From Thraustochytrium aureum (Eukaryota), in contig BLSG01000182.1 in assembly GCA_012862495.1 (NCBI GenBank), forward strand, positions 153,889 to 186,934: a stretch of 33,046 nucleotides of DNA. The letters run 5' to 3'. Shown one piece after another: positions 1 through 10,687 of this stretch. Numbering within the stretch: the first letter of the stretch is position 1; every line of letters starts with the position of its first letter. The notes beneath the pieces are model-generated. The model saw nothing but the letters and a program-made list of their open reading frames with translations. It searched no databases and was not told the DNA's origin. A program made the translations under genes and the position numbers.

Positions 1-1
1 G

Positions 2-463
2 CTCCGGGACGAACTCACAGAGGCCCTCGATTTGCTGGACATTTGCGTTGGGGCCGATCTGGCGCAGGAGCCTGCTGCGACGCCTTTCGAGCAAGTGCTT
101 GCCCAGGCAGAGAGGCAGGTGTTCCACGCAAGGGCCAGCACGCTGCTCGCCCTGGCCCTGGCGTTCAGGGCGCGAGAGCTGCACATTGACGCGAGCCAGG
201 CGGTCTCTGCCGAAGGCCTCTACCGCGCGTCCATGGGCAAGCTTGCGGCGCTGGCTGGCCACAACGGCGGACCGCTGCGCGGCGCTTTGGCAACGAGTGT
301 GGCCCTCGTCGCCCGAGACTACGCCTCGCTCCTTGAAGACTGGGAGAAGCGGTCTGGTGACGCCTCCAAGCTGCGGGAGGAGCACCCGCTTCCTTGTGAG
401 GGGGCCACGCACCTTCTGGCGCTGCTCGACCTGGACGCCTGGCTGGTGCCTCTGGGCGATTAG
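2..463 (+). CDS. 3' end of a hypothetical helical, TPR-like protein (5' truncated by window edge)
   Basis: Frame is open from base 2 (LRDELTEALDLLDICVG...) to TAG at 461-463 with GC3-rich codons. The segment SAEGLYRASMGKL...ARDYASLLEDWEKRSGDASKL looks like a TPR-type helix pair; this is pattern recognition only. Confidence 0.6.
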   Translation, partial: LRDELTEALDLLDICVGADLAQEPAATPFEQVLAQAERQVFHARASTLLALALAFRARELHIDASQAVSAEGLYRASMGKLAALAGHNGGPLRGALATSVALVARDYASLLEDWEKRSGDASKLREEHPLPCEGATHLLALLDLDAWLVPLGD

Positions 464-653
464 AGCGCTACCTAAACTCGAAACGACTGACCTTCTATCT
501 TTGCCGTAAAATGCGGGGCTGGCAACAGCCCTCGCCGCGCAGCCAATCCCTAGAAGAGAAGTACCCTAGCTAGAGTGGGAGAGATGCTGCCCAAGCACGC
601 AGCTGGCCCACTCGCACGGGCAGATGGCAGGGCCCGTTCAAAAAACAAAACAC

Positions 654-698
654 GGATGAATGAATGGATGGTTGGTTGGATGGTTGGTTGGATGGATC
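654..698. repeat. Degenerate tetranucleotide microsatellite (GAAT/GGAT/GGTT)n
   Basis: ggatgaatgaatggatggttggttggatggttggttggatggat read directly, downstream of the pyruvate kinase stop. Confidence 0.85.
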
Positions 699-770
699 AT
701 CAAGGCCAAGCACTTCAAAGCTGTGTGTTTATCAGTTTTCCAGGGGTTGAAAATCTCGCGCAGCACCACG

Positions 771-2275
771 TTACGGCGCCTGGAAGCTCGAGCCGGGCTC
801 ATACTTTTGGCCCGGAATCTTCTCCAAGGTTGGGACCGAGGCGCCCACCACAAAACTCTCCATCCGGTTGGCCACCGAATCGTCGTGACCGGTGACCAGC
901 ACGACGCGCGAGCCGTGCGACACCAGGCCAAGCTCGGTCGCCTTGGCAATGCCGCGCGGAACACACGAGCCGCGGTCCAACGAAGTGACAAGATACGGAA
1001 TGACCCCGCGGTACAGCGAAATCTGCGCGCAGACCTTGGGCGACAGCGCGAGCGCCAGGATGGGGACGTTGGGGAAGTGCTTGGAGATCATGCGCGCCGT
1101 CTCGCCCGTCTTGGTAACCGCGATGATGAGCGAGGCGCGGATGTCGTTGCAGGTAGAGACGGCAGCCATCGAAAAGGCCTCGCCCAGGTCCGTCTTGGCG
1201 TGGCTCTTGCGCCTGCGCTCCTCCTCCACCGCCTCCAGGTTGAGGAACCGCTTGTGCTGCTCAATGTCGAGCTCGGCCTCCTTGCAGATGCGGTTCATGA
1301 CCTGGATCGTGGCGACAGGGTACTTGCCCACGGCGGTCTCGCCCGAGAGCATGACGCAGTCCGTGCCATCAAAGACGGCGTTCGCGACGTCGCTTGCTTC
1401 GGCGCGCGTGGGGCGAGGGTTGTTGATCATCGAGTCGAGCATCTCCGTCGCAGTAATGACAAACTTGCCCTGGATGTTGCACTCGCGGATGAGACGCTTT
1501 TGCACCGAGCAGACGCGCTCGAGCGGGATCTCGACCCCGAGATCGCCGCGCGCGACCATGATGCCGTCCGACACCTTGAGAATCGGGCGCAGGTTGTCGA
1601 GCGCTTCCTGCGACTCGATCTTGGCGATGACGTGGATGCCGCTCTCCACCACGCCCGGGACCTCGCGCACAGCGACAATGCCGGCTGCGCTCCGCGTGAA
1701 CGAGTGCGCGATATACTCGACCTTTTGTTCGACGGCAAACAAGATGTCCTCCTTGTCCTTTACCGTGAGGTGTGGGAGGTCGATCAAGCAGCCGGGGATG
1801 TTGACGCCCTTGTTGCCGATCAGCTTGCCGCCGACCACGACGCGGCAGTGCACGTCGCCCGTGAGGTGGTCGATCTCCCGGGTCACAAACGACATGCGTC
1901 CGTCGTCGACGAGGATCACGTCGCCCTCCTTGACCGTGTTGGCCAGATTCTCATACGTGGTGGCCACGCCGTTCTCGTCGCCCAGCACGCCTGGCAGCGC
2001 ATGCTTGAAAAAGGTAAAGCGCTGGCCGCTCTTCAGTTCGATGTCGCTCTGCTTGACCTTGCCGACGCGGATTTCGGGGCCTTTGGTGTCGAGCAGGATG
2101 GGGCAGATCCGGTTGCGAAGGGCGGCGGCGTCGCGGATGTTGCGGATCGCGGTCCTGAAAAAATCGTAGTCGCCGTGCGACGCGTTCAGGCGCGCCGCAG
2201 ACATCCCAGCGTCCATCATGTCGCCCACTTGCTGCTTCGAGCACGTCGCGGGGCCGATCGTGCAGATGATCTTGG
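771..2275 (-). CDS. PYK: Pyruvate kinase (N-terminus hidden in gap 2276-3065)
   Basis: Family motifs KIICTIGP, ARLNASHG, DTKGPEIR, KIE, MVARGDLGVEIP, PRPTRAEASDVANAVFDGTDCVMLSGETAVGKYP and the C-terminal domain (LYRGVIP). Stop TAA at 773-771. Confidence 0.97.
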
Positions 2276-3496
2276 NNNNNNNNNNNNNNNNNNNNNNNNN
2301 NNNNNNNNNNNNNNNNNNNNNNNNNNNNNNNNNNNNNNNNNNNNNNNNNNNNNNNNNNNNNNNNNNNNNNNNNNNNNNNNNNNNNNNNNNNNNNNNNNNN
2401 NNNNNNNNNNNNNNNNNNNNNNNNNNNNNNNNNNNNNNNNNNNNNNNNNNNNNNNNNNNNNNNNNNNNNNNNNNNNNNNNNNNNNNNNNNNNNNNNNNNN
2501 NNNNNNNNNNNNNNNNNNNNNNNNNNNNNNNNNNNNNNNNNNNNNNNNNNNNNNNNNNNNNNNNNNNNNNNNNNNNNNNNNNNNNNNNNNNNNNNNNNNN
2601 NNNNNNNNNNNNNNNNNNNNNNNNNNNNNNNNNNNNNNNNNNNNNNNNNNNNNNNNNNNNNNNNNNNNNNNNNNNNNNNNNNNNNNNNNNNNNNNNNNNN
2701 NNNNNNNNNNNNNNNNNNNNNNNNNNNNNNNNNNNNNNNNNNNNNNNNNNNNNNNNNNNNNNNNNNNNNNNNNNNNNNNNNNNNNNNNNNNNNNNNNNNN
2801 NNNNNNNNNNNNNNNNNNNNNNNNNNNNNNNNNNNNNNNNNNNNNNNNNNNNNNNNNNNNNNNNNNNNNNNNNNNNNNNNNNNNNNNNNNNNNNNNNNNN
2901 NNNNNNNNNNNNNNNNNNNNNNNNNNNNNNNNNNNNNNNNNNNNNNNNNNNNNNNNNNNNNNNNNNNNNNNNNNNNNNNNNNNNNNNNNNNNNNNNNNNN
3001 NNNNNNNNNNNNNNNNNNNNNNNNNNNNNNNNNNNNNNNNNNNNNNNNNNNNNNNNNNNNNNNNNGCGAGCCCGCCCCGGTCCAGGCCACCAATCCAAAC
3101 CAACCCAAGCCGCTGCACCAGGCGCCTGGCTTCTCCTCGCCGCCCCTCGGCCGGCGCGCCGCGCCTTGCCCGGCGAGCGCGCCCGCTGGCGCCGTCCTGC
3201 AGCATCGACGAGGCTGCTGACGGGGCAGATCCCCATCCACGCCAAGATTCCCCGCTCCCTCCTCCGCGCCAGACATCCTTCCGCGGCAGCGCGCGCAGGA
3301 GTCGACGCGCGGCCAACGCGCGGGTCAGCTCAGGCGGCAGCGGCGCTGCACGGGCCGCCGTGCGCGCGGCCAGGTCAGACGCGCGGGCGAGCGTGCTGCT
3401 GAAAGGCTCAACGTCGACTCGGACCCCTGGTGCTTGGCGGTGCGTGAGGCCGGGCGCGGCGGCGCTGGCGGATTCTGCTGTGCGGCGCGCGCGACG

Positions 3497-3942
3497 ATGA
3501 GCCGTCGACACGCAGACTTGTTTGGGGCGCGCCAGCCGCGGGAGGACCTCGAGGCGGCGGAAAACGACGGGTTTCTCTCGGCGGTCAACAACGTCAGAGC
3601 CCAGGACGACGAGCACCTCAACGCGATCAGCCAGTCCATCAACAGAGTGAAGAATGCCGCGCAGGGCTTCGGCGAGGAGCTTCGGCGCCAGAACGAGTAA
3701 GTTGTGGTTGGAAGGACCGCACCGCGCGGCCCGGCGGCGCCTCGCTGACTTTGATCTCCGCGACGCGTCAGGGGGCTCGACGCAATTGGGCAAGATATGG
3801 AGCGCACCAACAATGCTATGAAGGCGATCGAGGGCAAGACGGCGCAGCTCGTCGAGAGCGCTGGGGGGCCGGGCTGGTTTTGCCTCACAGCAAGCCTGAG
3901 CGCGATCGCGTTCTTCTTTTTCTCCTCATCATTTATACCTAG
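3497..3942 (+). CDS. Small tail-anchored SNARE (Qc-type, Bet1/Syntaxin-6/8-like); 2 exons, 3497-3696 and 3772-3942, with an apparent 1-nt deletion near 3910
   Basis: Spliced product MSRRHADLFG...QDDEHLNAISQSINRVKNAAQGFGEELRRQNE/GLDAIGQDMERTNNAMKAIEGKTAQLV...GWFCLTASLSAIA[fs]VLLFLLIIYT*. It has a SNARE heptad with a central Q(N) layer and a C-terminal transmembrane helix. Confidence 0.85.
3697..3771 (+). other. Spliceosomal intron (75 nt) in the SNARE gene
   Basis: GTAAGT donor, GCTGAC branch-like motif near 3744 and TCAG acceptor. Removing it deletes an in-frame stop and restores the SNARE motif. Confidence 0.88.
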
Positions 3943-4558
3943 CTAGAGCGCGGGCGGAGAGCGGATCTCCGGCGCGAGGCTGCCTCGCTTGAGCTTGGCA
4001 GCGGCTAGTCTTAGTCTTTGGAAGGCTTTGACTGCAGCCGCTGGCGAGACGGTCCGCGGCCGCGCGCGCAACTCGTACAAGGCTTGCTATCGTGCTCCGG
4101 GGGGGATCTTGCTTCCCGCAGCGCTCGGTACCTCTCCCTCGTCTCTTCGCTCGCTATCCCTCCGGCTCCAGCGAGAGGAGCCGCGAGGAGCGGTTTTTAG
4201 TTTCGGTATCCCTGCCAGAGAAACCACAGCACGAACAACACCCTAGCGATCCATCTTGCGAAGACGCCAGCCTTGGGTTGGCAGCCTTTTGTGGTTTTGA
4301 CACCGCCACTGCCGCTATCGCCGCCTGCCTTGTCTTGTAGCACCTGGGGCAGCGCTGTGCTGGATCCCGCGGCAGATGTTGGCGGCGCGGCTTTCACTGC
4401 CGAGGTTGTCGATCGATCTTGGCACGCCTCGGGCGGCTGCTCGCCTGTGATCTCTTTGCCCATCTCCTGGCGACGAGGTGAAGGTTCTCCTGAGGTGAGC
4501 TCGGCAGAGCTAGAATGACCAGTTGCGTGCTCTGCTCACACACCGCAGTTGTCCGTGT

Positions 4559-6159
4559 TCAACCCTTTGTCGGAGCGGCTTGGATTGGGGTGCGGGAAGC
4601 GATGGCTTGACGGCCACGCACAGTCGAGCGGCGCAGTTCTGCGGCGGTCCGCTCGACGTATGCGAGCGTGACCTTTTCAAAGTGGTCCAAATACGAGGTC
4701 CCGTCCATCTGCGGGAGGACGCGCGAAATTCGTGTTTCAAGTGCCTCCCAGAAAGCTGGGTGCGGCGGTTTGGGCGAAAACTGAAAGTGGCGCGCCATGC
4801 TCTCCAAGAGCCGCAGCGCCACGTTGCCTGTATTCCGCCCGAGAAGCCCAAGGCGTGGCCACAAGACGCGCCTGATGGCCACGTCATAGGTCCATTCCCA
4901 ACCTCGAGCCTCGCACACAAGTCTGATCGCTGCGAAACGCTCGCCCAAGTCCTTGACGTGCTCTGCAGGATCTTGCGCTTGGTCAAGAACGAGGTCCAAA
5001 ACGCTGCGGCAGGTTGATGCACGCAGGGCGCCCACTTGTTCTGGTGGGAGACCCTTTGTCAGCGCTTGCACTGCAGCTGCGGCTTGTGCGCGCACGCGCT
5101 CGGCGAGCGCCTCGTGCTCGAGCCAACCCGACTCGTCGCGCAGTTCCGCGTCCTCACAGCACATGCTCGAGTCGTCGTCGCATCCGGAGGAATCCGACGC
5201 GCTGGCGTCCTCGTCCCCAGTTGTCCCAACGTCCCGCGACGGCTCGGCATCTCTGGGGGCGAGCGCACTTTGGGCAGCCTCTGCATTGCGGTCGCCCGCT
5301 GCTAGCCAGGAGCAGACCGCGACGCTAGCTCGATCCATCTCGCTGATCGCAGAGCCGTCGACGCTCCAAGCCGCCCCCAACATATACTTGGAGCAAGTCG
5401 AGGCGACCTGACTGCGCTGCGCACAAGAGTGCGCGCGTCCAGCCCCGCACGGTCGCGCCTCCGACGATACATAAGGGCGAGACCGCGTGCAAAGCAGGCG
5501 CCGACTGGAGGAAGAGCCGTCGCTTGCGACTCCAGGCCCTCTTGCACAGCCTGCCAGAGCGCCCCGCCGGACGCAGCCTCGGCGGAGAGCAAGCTCGCGA
5601 GAGCCACGAAGGCGCCGCGGGCCAATGCCGAGTCTCCAAAAGCCGGGTAAGCTTCCACGAGCTCCGCCGCCAGCGGAGGCTGCGAAGGGCCGCACTCGCC
5701 GCTGCCAGGGCCTTGGCCCTTGATGCCGCTGAGTAGCGCCGCAGCCGAAGTCAGCGTTTCGGCTAGCCCCCGCGCTCCCGCGCAATGCGGCCTGGCTAAC
5801 TCGCAGCGCAGCGCCCAGAGCGCACTCCGCGCGACCAAAGTCGCCGCGTGCGCGCTCCCTGCACTTTTCGCCTCCGCGGCGTCCCGCGCCACGGCGCCAA
5901 GCGCGCCGCGTTCTTGTGCTTCTGCGAGCGCGGCTTTGATCTCCTTCGCGATCCCGCCGAGGCGCTCGAAACTGGCCTTCTTCGCCGCATACTTTGCCCG
6001 AGCAGCTTCGGCCTCGTCAGCAGCTTGCGCGGCCTCATCCCTGAGCCGCTTCTCGCGCTTCTCCAGCAGCTCGACGGTCTTGCGGAGCTCGCGCGTTTCC
6101 GCCACTTTCGCCTTGAGCTCCAGCGCGACCTTGCGCCAGGCCAGCGTCTGGTCCGCCAT
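4559..6159 (-). CDS. Hypothetical protein with N-terminal coiled coil and helical C-terminal domain; two frames joined near 5410-5470 by an intron or indel
   Basis: ATG at 6159 gives MADQTLAWRKVALELKAKVAETRELRKTVELLEKREKRLRDE (coiled coil). A second frame gives an acidic linker and ...AIRLVCEARGWEWTYDVAIRRVLWPRL...PTKG*. The junction is not resolved. Confidence 0.65.
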
Positions 6160-6200
6160 GCCGCGCCCGGGCCTTGGCGACACGACGACAGCGCACGCAA

Positions 6201-6285
6201 GCCCCGCCACGATCGGAGCCCCGCCACGAACGGAGCCAAGTCGCGAACGGGGCCAAGTCGCGAACGGAGCCAAGCCACGATCGGC
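6201..6285. repeat. 17-bp degenerate tandem repeat, 5 copies
   Basis: gccccgccacgatcgga / gccccgccacgaacgga / gccaagtcgcgaacggg / gccaagtcgcgaacgga / gccaagccacgatcggc. Confidence 0.9.
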
Positions 6286-6946
6286 GCACGGCAGCAAGCC
6301 GCCGGCCGGCCAGCCGCTGCCGTGGCCCCGTCCTGCTCTCCCGCGCACTGTTTCGTGGTCTGCAGGGCGACCGCTTTCGCGCTCTGGAATTAGCGAAACG
6401 AAAAAAAATCACTGCGTGTTCTTCAGGGAGAATCGAACCCGCGATGCGCCGCAACATACTCACCTACTCTACCAGCACATGAAAAAAAACGAATGCAACG
6501 TGCTCTGTCCACACATGACATGTATGTTGTATCCTCACTCCCCTCCAGGCGTCTGTCTGCAGCAGGCACCAAGCCCCCTGCGCGGCGCAGAGACGAGGAA
6601 GCGAGCGAGCGGCAAAAGAGAGATGGGGTGTCGGCGCCTGGAAGGAGTGGTGTCCAGGGCCAACTGCGAGATGCTCATGCAAGCATGGGCGTGTTCTCGC
6701 GGGGTGAATAAAGTGTTCAAGTATCAGAGCACTCTATGAGCACTCGTATGATGATACTTTCATCATAAGAACAGTTACTACAAAAGGATCTAAGCCGTGA
6801 GGCCAGAAGGATGCGGAAAGAGGTGCTCCTGCGCTATTTATACTTGGGCCGTCTTGCACCACGCGGGGCATTGGGCGACAGCGGGCAGCGGGTTTTCCTC
6901 CCGACCCTCTAAATTAGGAACTGGGGGGTTTGCACAGCACAACATC

Positions 6947-6986
<40 letters not shown>
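6947..6986. repeat. (GCA)n microsatellite, about 13 units
   Basis: Uninterrupted gcagcagca... run. Confidence 0.95.
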
Positions 6987-6987
<1 letters not shown>

Positions 6988-7568
6988 GGTATTCGAAGCC
7001 GAACTGCTCTGCGAGTGCGCGCCGACGTTGTTTTTGAGCACGATCCGAACAGTGGTGATCGCGGCTGTATTAATTAACGCGGTCGAGACGCTTCGGCTTG
7101 ACGCAGCAGAATCATAAATTCCTGCGACTGGTTTCCATTCGAGCACTGCGCCTGAATTGGCATCTGGATTCCCGTTCGTTCGCGCGAAACAGCGAAACGG
7201 ACCGCGCCTCCATCAGCCTCCGAGTCTACGTCTATTGCAAACAGCGGTGAAGCGGGACCGCTGCTTCCGCTAGGCAACAGGACAGCACGAGATTCCTCCG
7301 CTGCTCAATTGAAGGCCTTCACAGTGTCAGTCGCAGGCTGCAACCATCAGTAGGCCTACCGAGTCCGAGGCTCGACTCGGACACCAGTTCTGANNNNNNN
7401 NNNNNNNNNNNNNNNNNNNNNNNNNNNNNNNNNNNNNNNNNNNNNNNNNNNNNNNNNNNNNNNNNNNNNNNNNNNNNNNNNNNNNNNNNNNNNNNNNNNN
7501 NNNNNNNNNNNNNNNNNNNNNNNNNNNNNNNNNNNNNNNNNNNNNNNNNNNNNNNNNNNNNNNNNNCA

Positions 7569-7829
7569 CAGCTCGCGATCGCGACCGCGCATTTTAAAAA
7601 CAAATTGCGGGCCATAGATGCGTTGAGCGGCAAGGCCAACGGACAAGCGTTCCTCCCTCACGTCAGGAGGCCTGGGCAGGCCCTTCTCGGCGGCGCACAA
7701 ATGCTGGCGCGAGCGTCTCTCTTGATGCATGCGCTGCGCAAATACAGAGAAGAAGAAGCAGAAGACCAGCTGCTGCCTCCTTTAGCAGCCGATGTTGCAA
7801 AGCGCCCGTCGACTCTGGTTCGGGCCTAA
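7569..7829 (+). CDS. Possible C-terminal fragment of an unknown protein emerging from gap 7394-7566
   Basis: Open frame QLAIATAHFKNKLRAIDALSGK...LMHALRKYREEEAEDQLLPPL...TLVRA* has protein-like composition. No family recognised. Confidence 0.3.
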   Translation, partial: QLAIATAHFKNKLRAIDALSGKANGQAFLPHVRRPGQALLGGAQMLARASLLMHALRKYREEEAEDQLLPPLAADVAKRPSTLVRA

Positions 7830-8367
7830 GAGCAGCCCTTCGAGCGCGCTTGGAAACTGAACTGCGCTGGAGCAGGCTGCTTGCCAAAAGTATGAGCGAG
7901 CCAGAGTGTGGGCCCTTGCTTTGTCCGGTACGGTGCTCTCCGCGGTGGTCGTCCGAGCAAGAGGCGTTTGCGAACGAGGTTGTTCCGTACGCCACCTCGC
8001 ACGCCGCCGTCGTCAGAGTAACCGATCTGTGCCCTGGCATCAACGCAACAAGCCGTGCGTGGCAGAGCAGGCGCAGCAAAGCGAAGCCAAACGACTGTCG
8101 CCGACGACACGCAGCCAGCCCGCGCGCGGTGCTGCCTGTGGACGCGGCCGCTCCTTCCGCGCAGAGGCACCAACCACTGCAGCGTCGATACGTACGAGCT
8201 TGTCAGTCAGCGGCCGCAGGCCAGCTCGCGGAGGCTGCCCTAGGGGAAAACATTGCGTGGAAGGGCACGAGGCGAGCAGCAGCGCAGAGGCCGCCAGCCT
8301 GGCGCAGACGGGGGCTTGAGGCGGTTCGGGCCACCCACGCGCTTGCGCGACAGTTCAGGACGGCGCG

Positions 8368-9627
8368 ATGGGCGGCGGGGCCAGCAAAGCGCCGCCGAAG
8401 AGCGAAAAGCTCAAGGCCAACATGTTGCTGCTCGGGGCTCCGAGCGTCGGCAAGGTAAGTGAAACAGCAAGACCAGAAGGCTCGCCGCCTGATGCGCGTA
8501 TCTAACGTGGCGTGCGGGCAATCCACGCGCAGTCGACGGTGTTCCGGCAAATGAAGCTGCTTTATCGAAACGGGTTTACAACGCGAGAGCGCAAGAGAGC
8601 CAAGATCGAGCTTCGGCGGAACGTGATCGCCTCGCTCCTCAAGCTCGACGACGTGGCGCTAAAGCACGGCCTCAACCTCGGCTCCAACGACGCGGAGGAG
8701 GCGATAACTCGCCTCAAGCTCGTTCTGCAAGACTACGCGTTCGACGAGCGCGACGATGAAAATGCCGTCGAGGGCTTAGGCGAGAACGCGACGGACAGCG
8801 ACGAAGTACAAGAGCCGGTCGCCTTCCCCAGGACAGAGGTGGAGGTTGTCATGGGCGACCCGTCAATCAAGAAAGCCTTGGCTAAAATTCTCGCTCCGGA
8901 CTTTGAGCTCGACCCAAGCGACACGGCGGGGCGCGAGCTCCTCCAAACGGCCCTGCCCTACGTGCTCAATGAGAGCCACTTGAAACGAATCGTCCACGAC
9001 GACTACAACCCCACGGATGCAGACTGCCTTCACTTGCGGCGGCACACGACAAACGTCGAGCGAATCACGTTCGAGTGCCAGCTCTTGGTGCGCGGGCGCC
9101 AGGAGTCTGTTGACTGCAAGTGCACGGACATCGGGGGCCAAGCGCAAGAGCAGCTCAAGTGGGAGGCGCACGCCGAGGAAGTCGACTTTTTGGTCTTCGT
9201 TGCCGCGATGTCAGACTTTGACCGCAAGCTGTGCGACGGGACCAACTCGCTTGACCAGCAGTTCAAGCTCCTTGAGCAAGTCCTCCGCGCCAACTGCTTT
9301 GCAGGGACGAATGTTATTGTATTGCTCAACAAGACGGATGTGCTCGAGGAGAAGCTTCGACACATTCAGCTTAAGGACCACTTCACAGACTTTGACGGGG
9401 AAAACAATGCCGCCTCCGCAGCGGCCTATTTTCAAGAAAGGTGCGACGCACTCAGTGCAAGTGTTGCGGCATCCCTTCAGGGCCAGCAGGCTAAGAAACA
9501 CGCGATTCGGCAGATACAGGTGATGTCCACTTGTGCGCTCGACTCTGAGATGGTCAATACAGTCTTGACGAGGGCTCTTGCGGCCTCAATGTGCTCGACA
9601 TTATTTTCGTATGGTCTCCTTGGCTAG
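8368..9627 (+). CDS. Heterotrimeric G-protein alpha subunit, divergent; exons 8368-8454 and 8533-9627
   Basis: MGGGAS myristoylation-type start; spliced P-loop LLLGAPSVGK/STVFRQMKLLY; YNPTDADCLHLRRHTT (switch I); DIGGQ (G3); LLNKTD (G4); TCALD (G5); C-terminal YGLLG*. Confidence 0.93.
8455..8532 (+). other. Spliceosomal intron (78 nt) splitting the G-alpha P-loop
   Basis: GTAAGT donor, TCTAAC branch site at 8501 and GCAG acceptor. Phase-0 removal joins GK to ST. Confidence 0.92.
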
Positions 9628-9914
9628 TGCGGACGGTTGCCGTCGCGGTTCTGATAGTTTGGTTCTCTACTACAAATTTTGTTGATTTTATCCTCGAACT
9701 GTCAACGCAACGCACTCGACCTCGAGTGCTTGTGACTCGTGGCCTGGCCTGTCCTCATCACGCCCGCGCTCAAGTCGAAACATGGCGTGCTACGAACCTG
9801 AGCGCCGGCAGCCCAGTGAAGGCTTGCCTATTCTTCTTGACATCCGTGGCAAGGCAACGACCAACTTGTTCGTCGCTCGAAGCGGCCGCAGGCGGCGCGA
9901 AAGCAAAACCGCCT

Positions 9915-10687
9915 CTACCCTTCAAGCTCCATGTGCGCGCCACCTGGCACTATTAGACACTCGCCGCCCTCGGCAGCTTTCACAGCGTGGCCGACGGCTT
10001 CAAAATGCGCTTGCTGGAACGCCTGCCGGAAGGCAAGCAGGTTGACGTCACGCGACTCGTCGCGCGCCAAAATAGCAAACGTAACCCGTTCGAGCTTGCC
10101 GGCGTACTTTGTCCTCAAGAGCTCCTGGAATACTCCCGCCGTCCTCGCGGCGTTGTTCCTGAATACACCGCACCCGAACGCGCCAAGGATGAGATGGTCA
10201 ACGTCATGCAGCACGGCTAGTGCGAAGACTCTGTCGATACGGTCGCGCATCGCCAGGTCGATGTCTTGCCGCGTCTCGGCGTCTCCACGAGGGTTGGCGT
10301 AGACACCGGCGTTCGGCGCAGGTATCGTGATGAAAGAGCACAGGTAGGGCTCGGGGAGGAGCTCGCCGCCCTCCGCTCGAAAGACTGGCACGTTGGGGGA
10401 CCAGATGGCACAACTCGTGTAGATGCCGCGGTTCTCCGCTCTGCGGTTCAGCTTGTAGTACTTGTCGCGGTCCTGTGCAAACTGGGCCAGGCACGGATAC
10501 AGTCCTGACGAGCGCGCCAAGGCCTCTTCTTGGGCCCGCGCCCCGCCCAGGAATCCGCCGCCCGGGTTTTTCCCACTTCGCGAAATTGAGCGCCGCCACG
10601 TGGGTGCCGCAAGGCCGGCGCGCTGGAAGGTGTTGGAGTTGANNNACGGTAACGGAGGTGCCTTCGAAGCGGCACGGTTTTNNCTGC
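9915..10687 (-). CDS. TIGR02452/DUF2263 bacterial-type poly(ADP-ribose) glycohydrolase macrodomain protein (5' part in gap; 1-nt insertion near 10578)
   Basis: HVAALNFA[fs]SGKNPGGGFLGGARAQEEALARSSGLYPCL carries the GGG-x-QEE PARG signature; also IWSPNVPVFR, SFITIPAPNAG and LILGAFGCGVFRN. Confidence 0.92.

Noticed and set aside
660..3500. Long + strand ORFs opposite pyruvate kinase, and similar antisense ORFs over AspRS, ZMYND10, the BTB gene, the kinase and Myb
   Set aside because: Shadow frames caused by high GC3 and by N-runs that contain no stops; the opposite strand carries the recognisable protein.
4197..4463. 88-aa minus-strand ORF ending in a hydrophobic stretch
   Set aside because: No family recognised and weak codon bias; could be UTR or intergenic.
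6745..6800. ATGATGA box-C-like motif with an 8-bp hairpin and a faint likeness to the U3 snoRNA 5' end
   Set aside because: No properly placed box D (CTGA), box A or boxes B/C; likely a chance match.
6797..7146. Poly-Ala ORFs on both strands
   Set aside because: Explained by the (GCA)n microsatellite.
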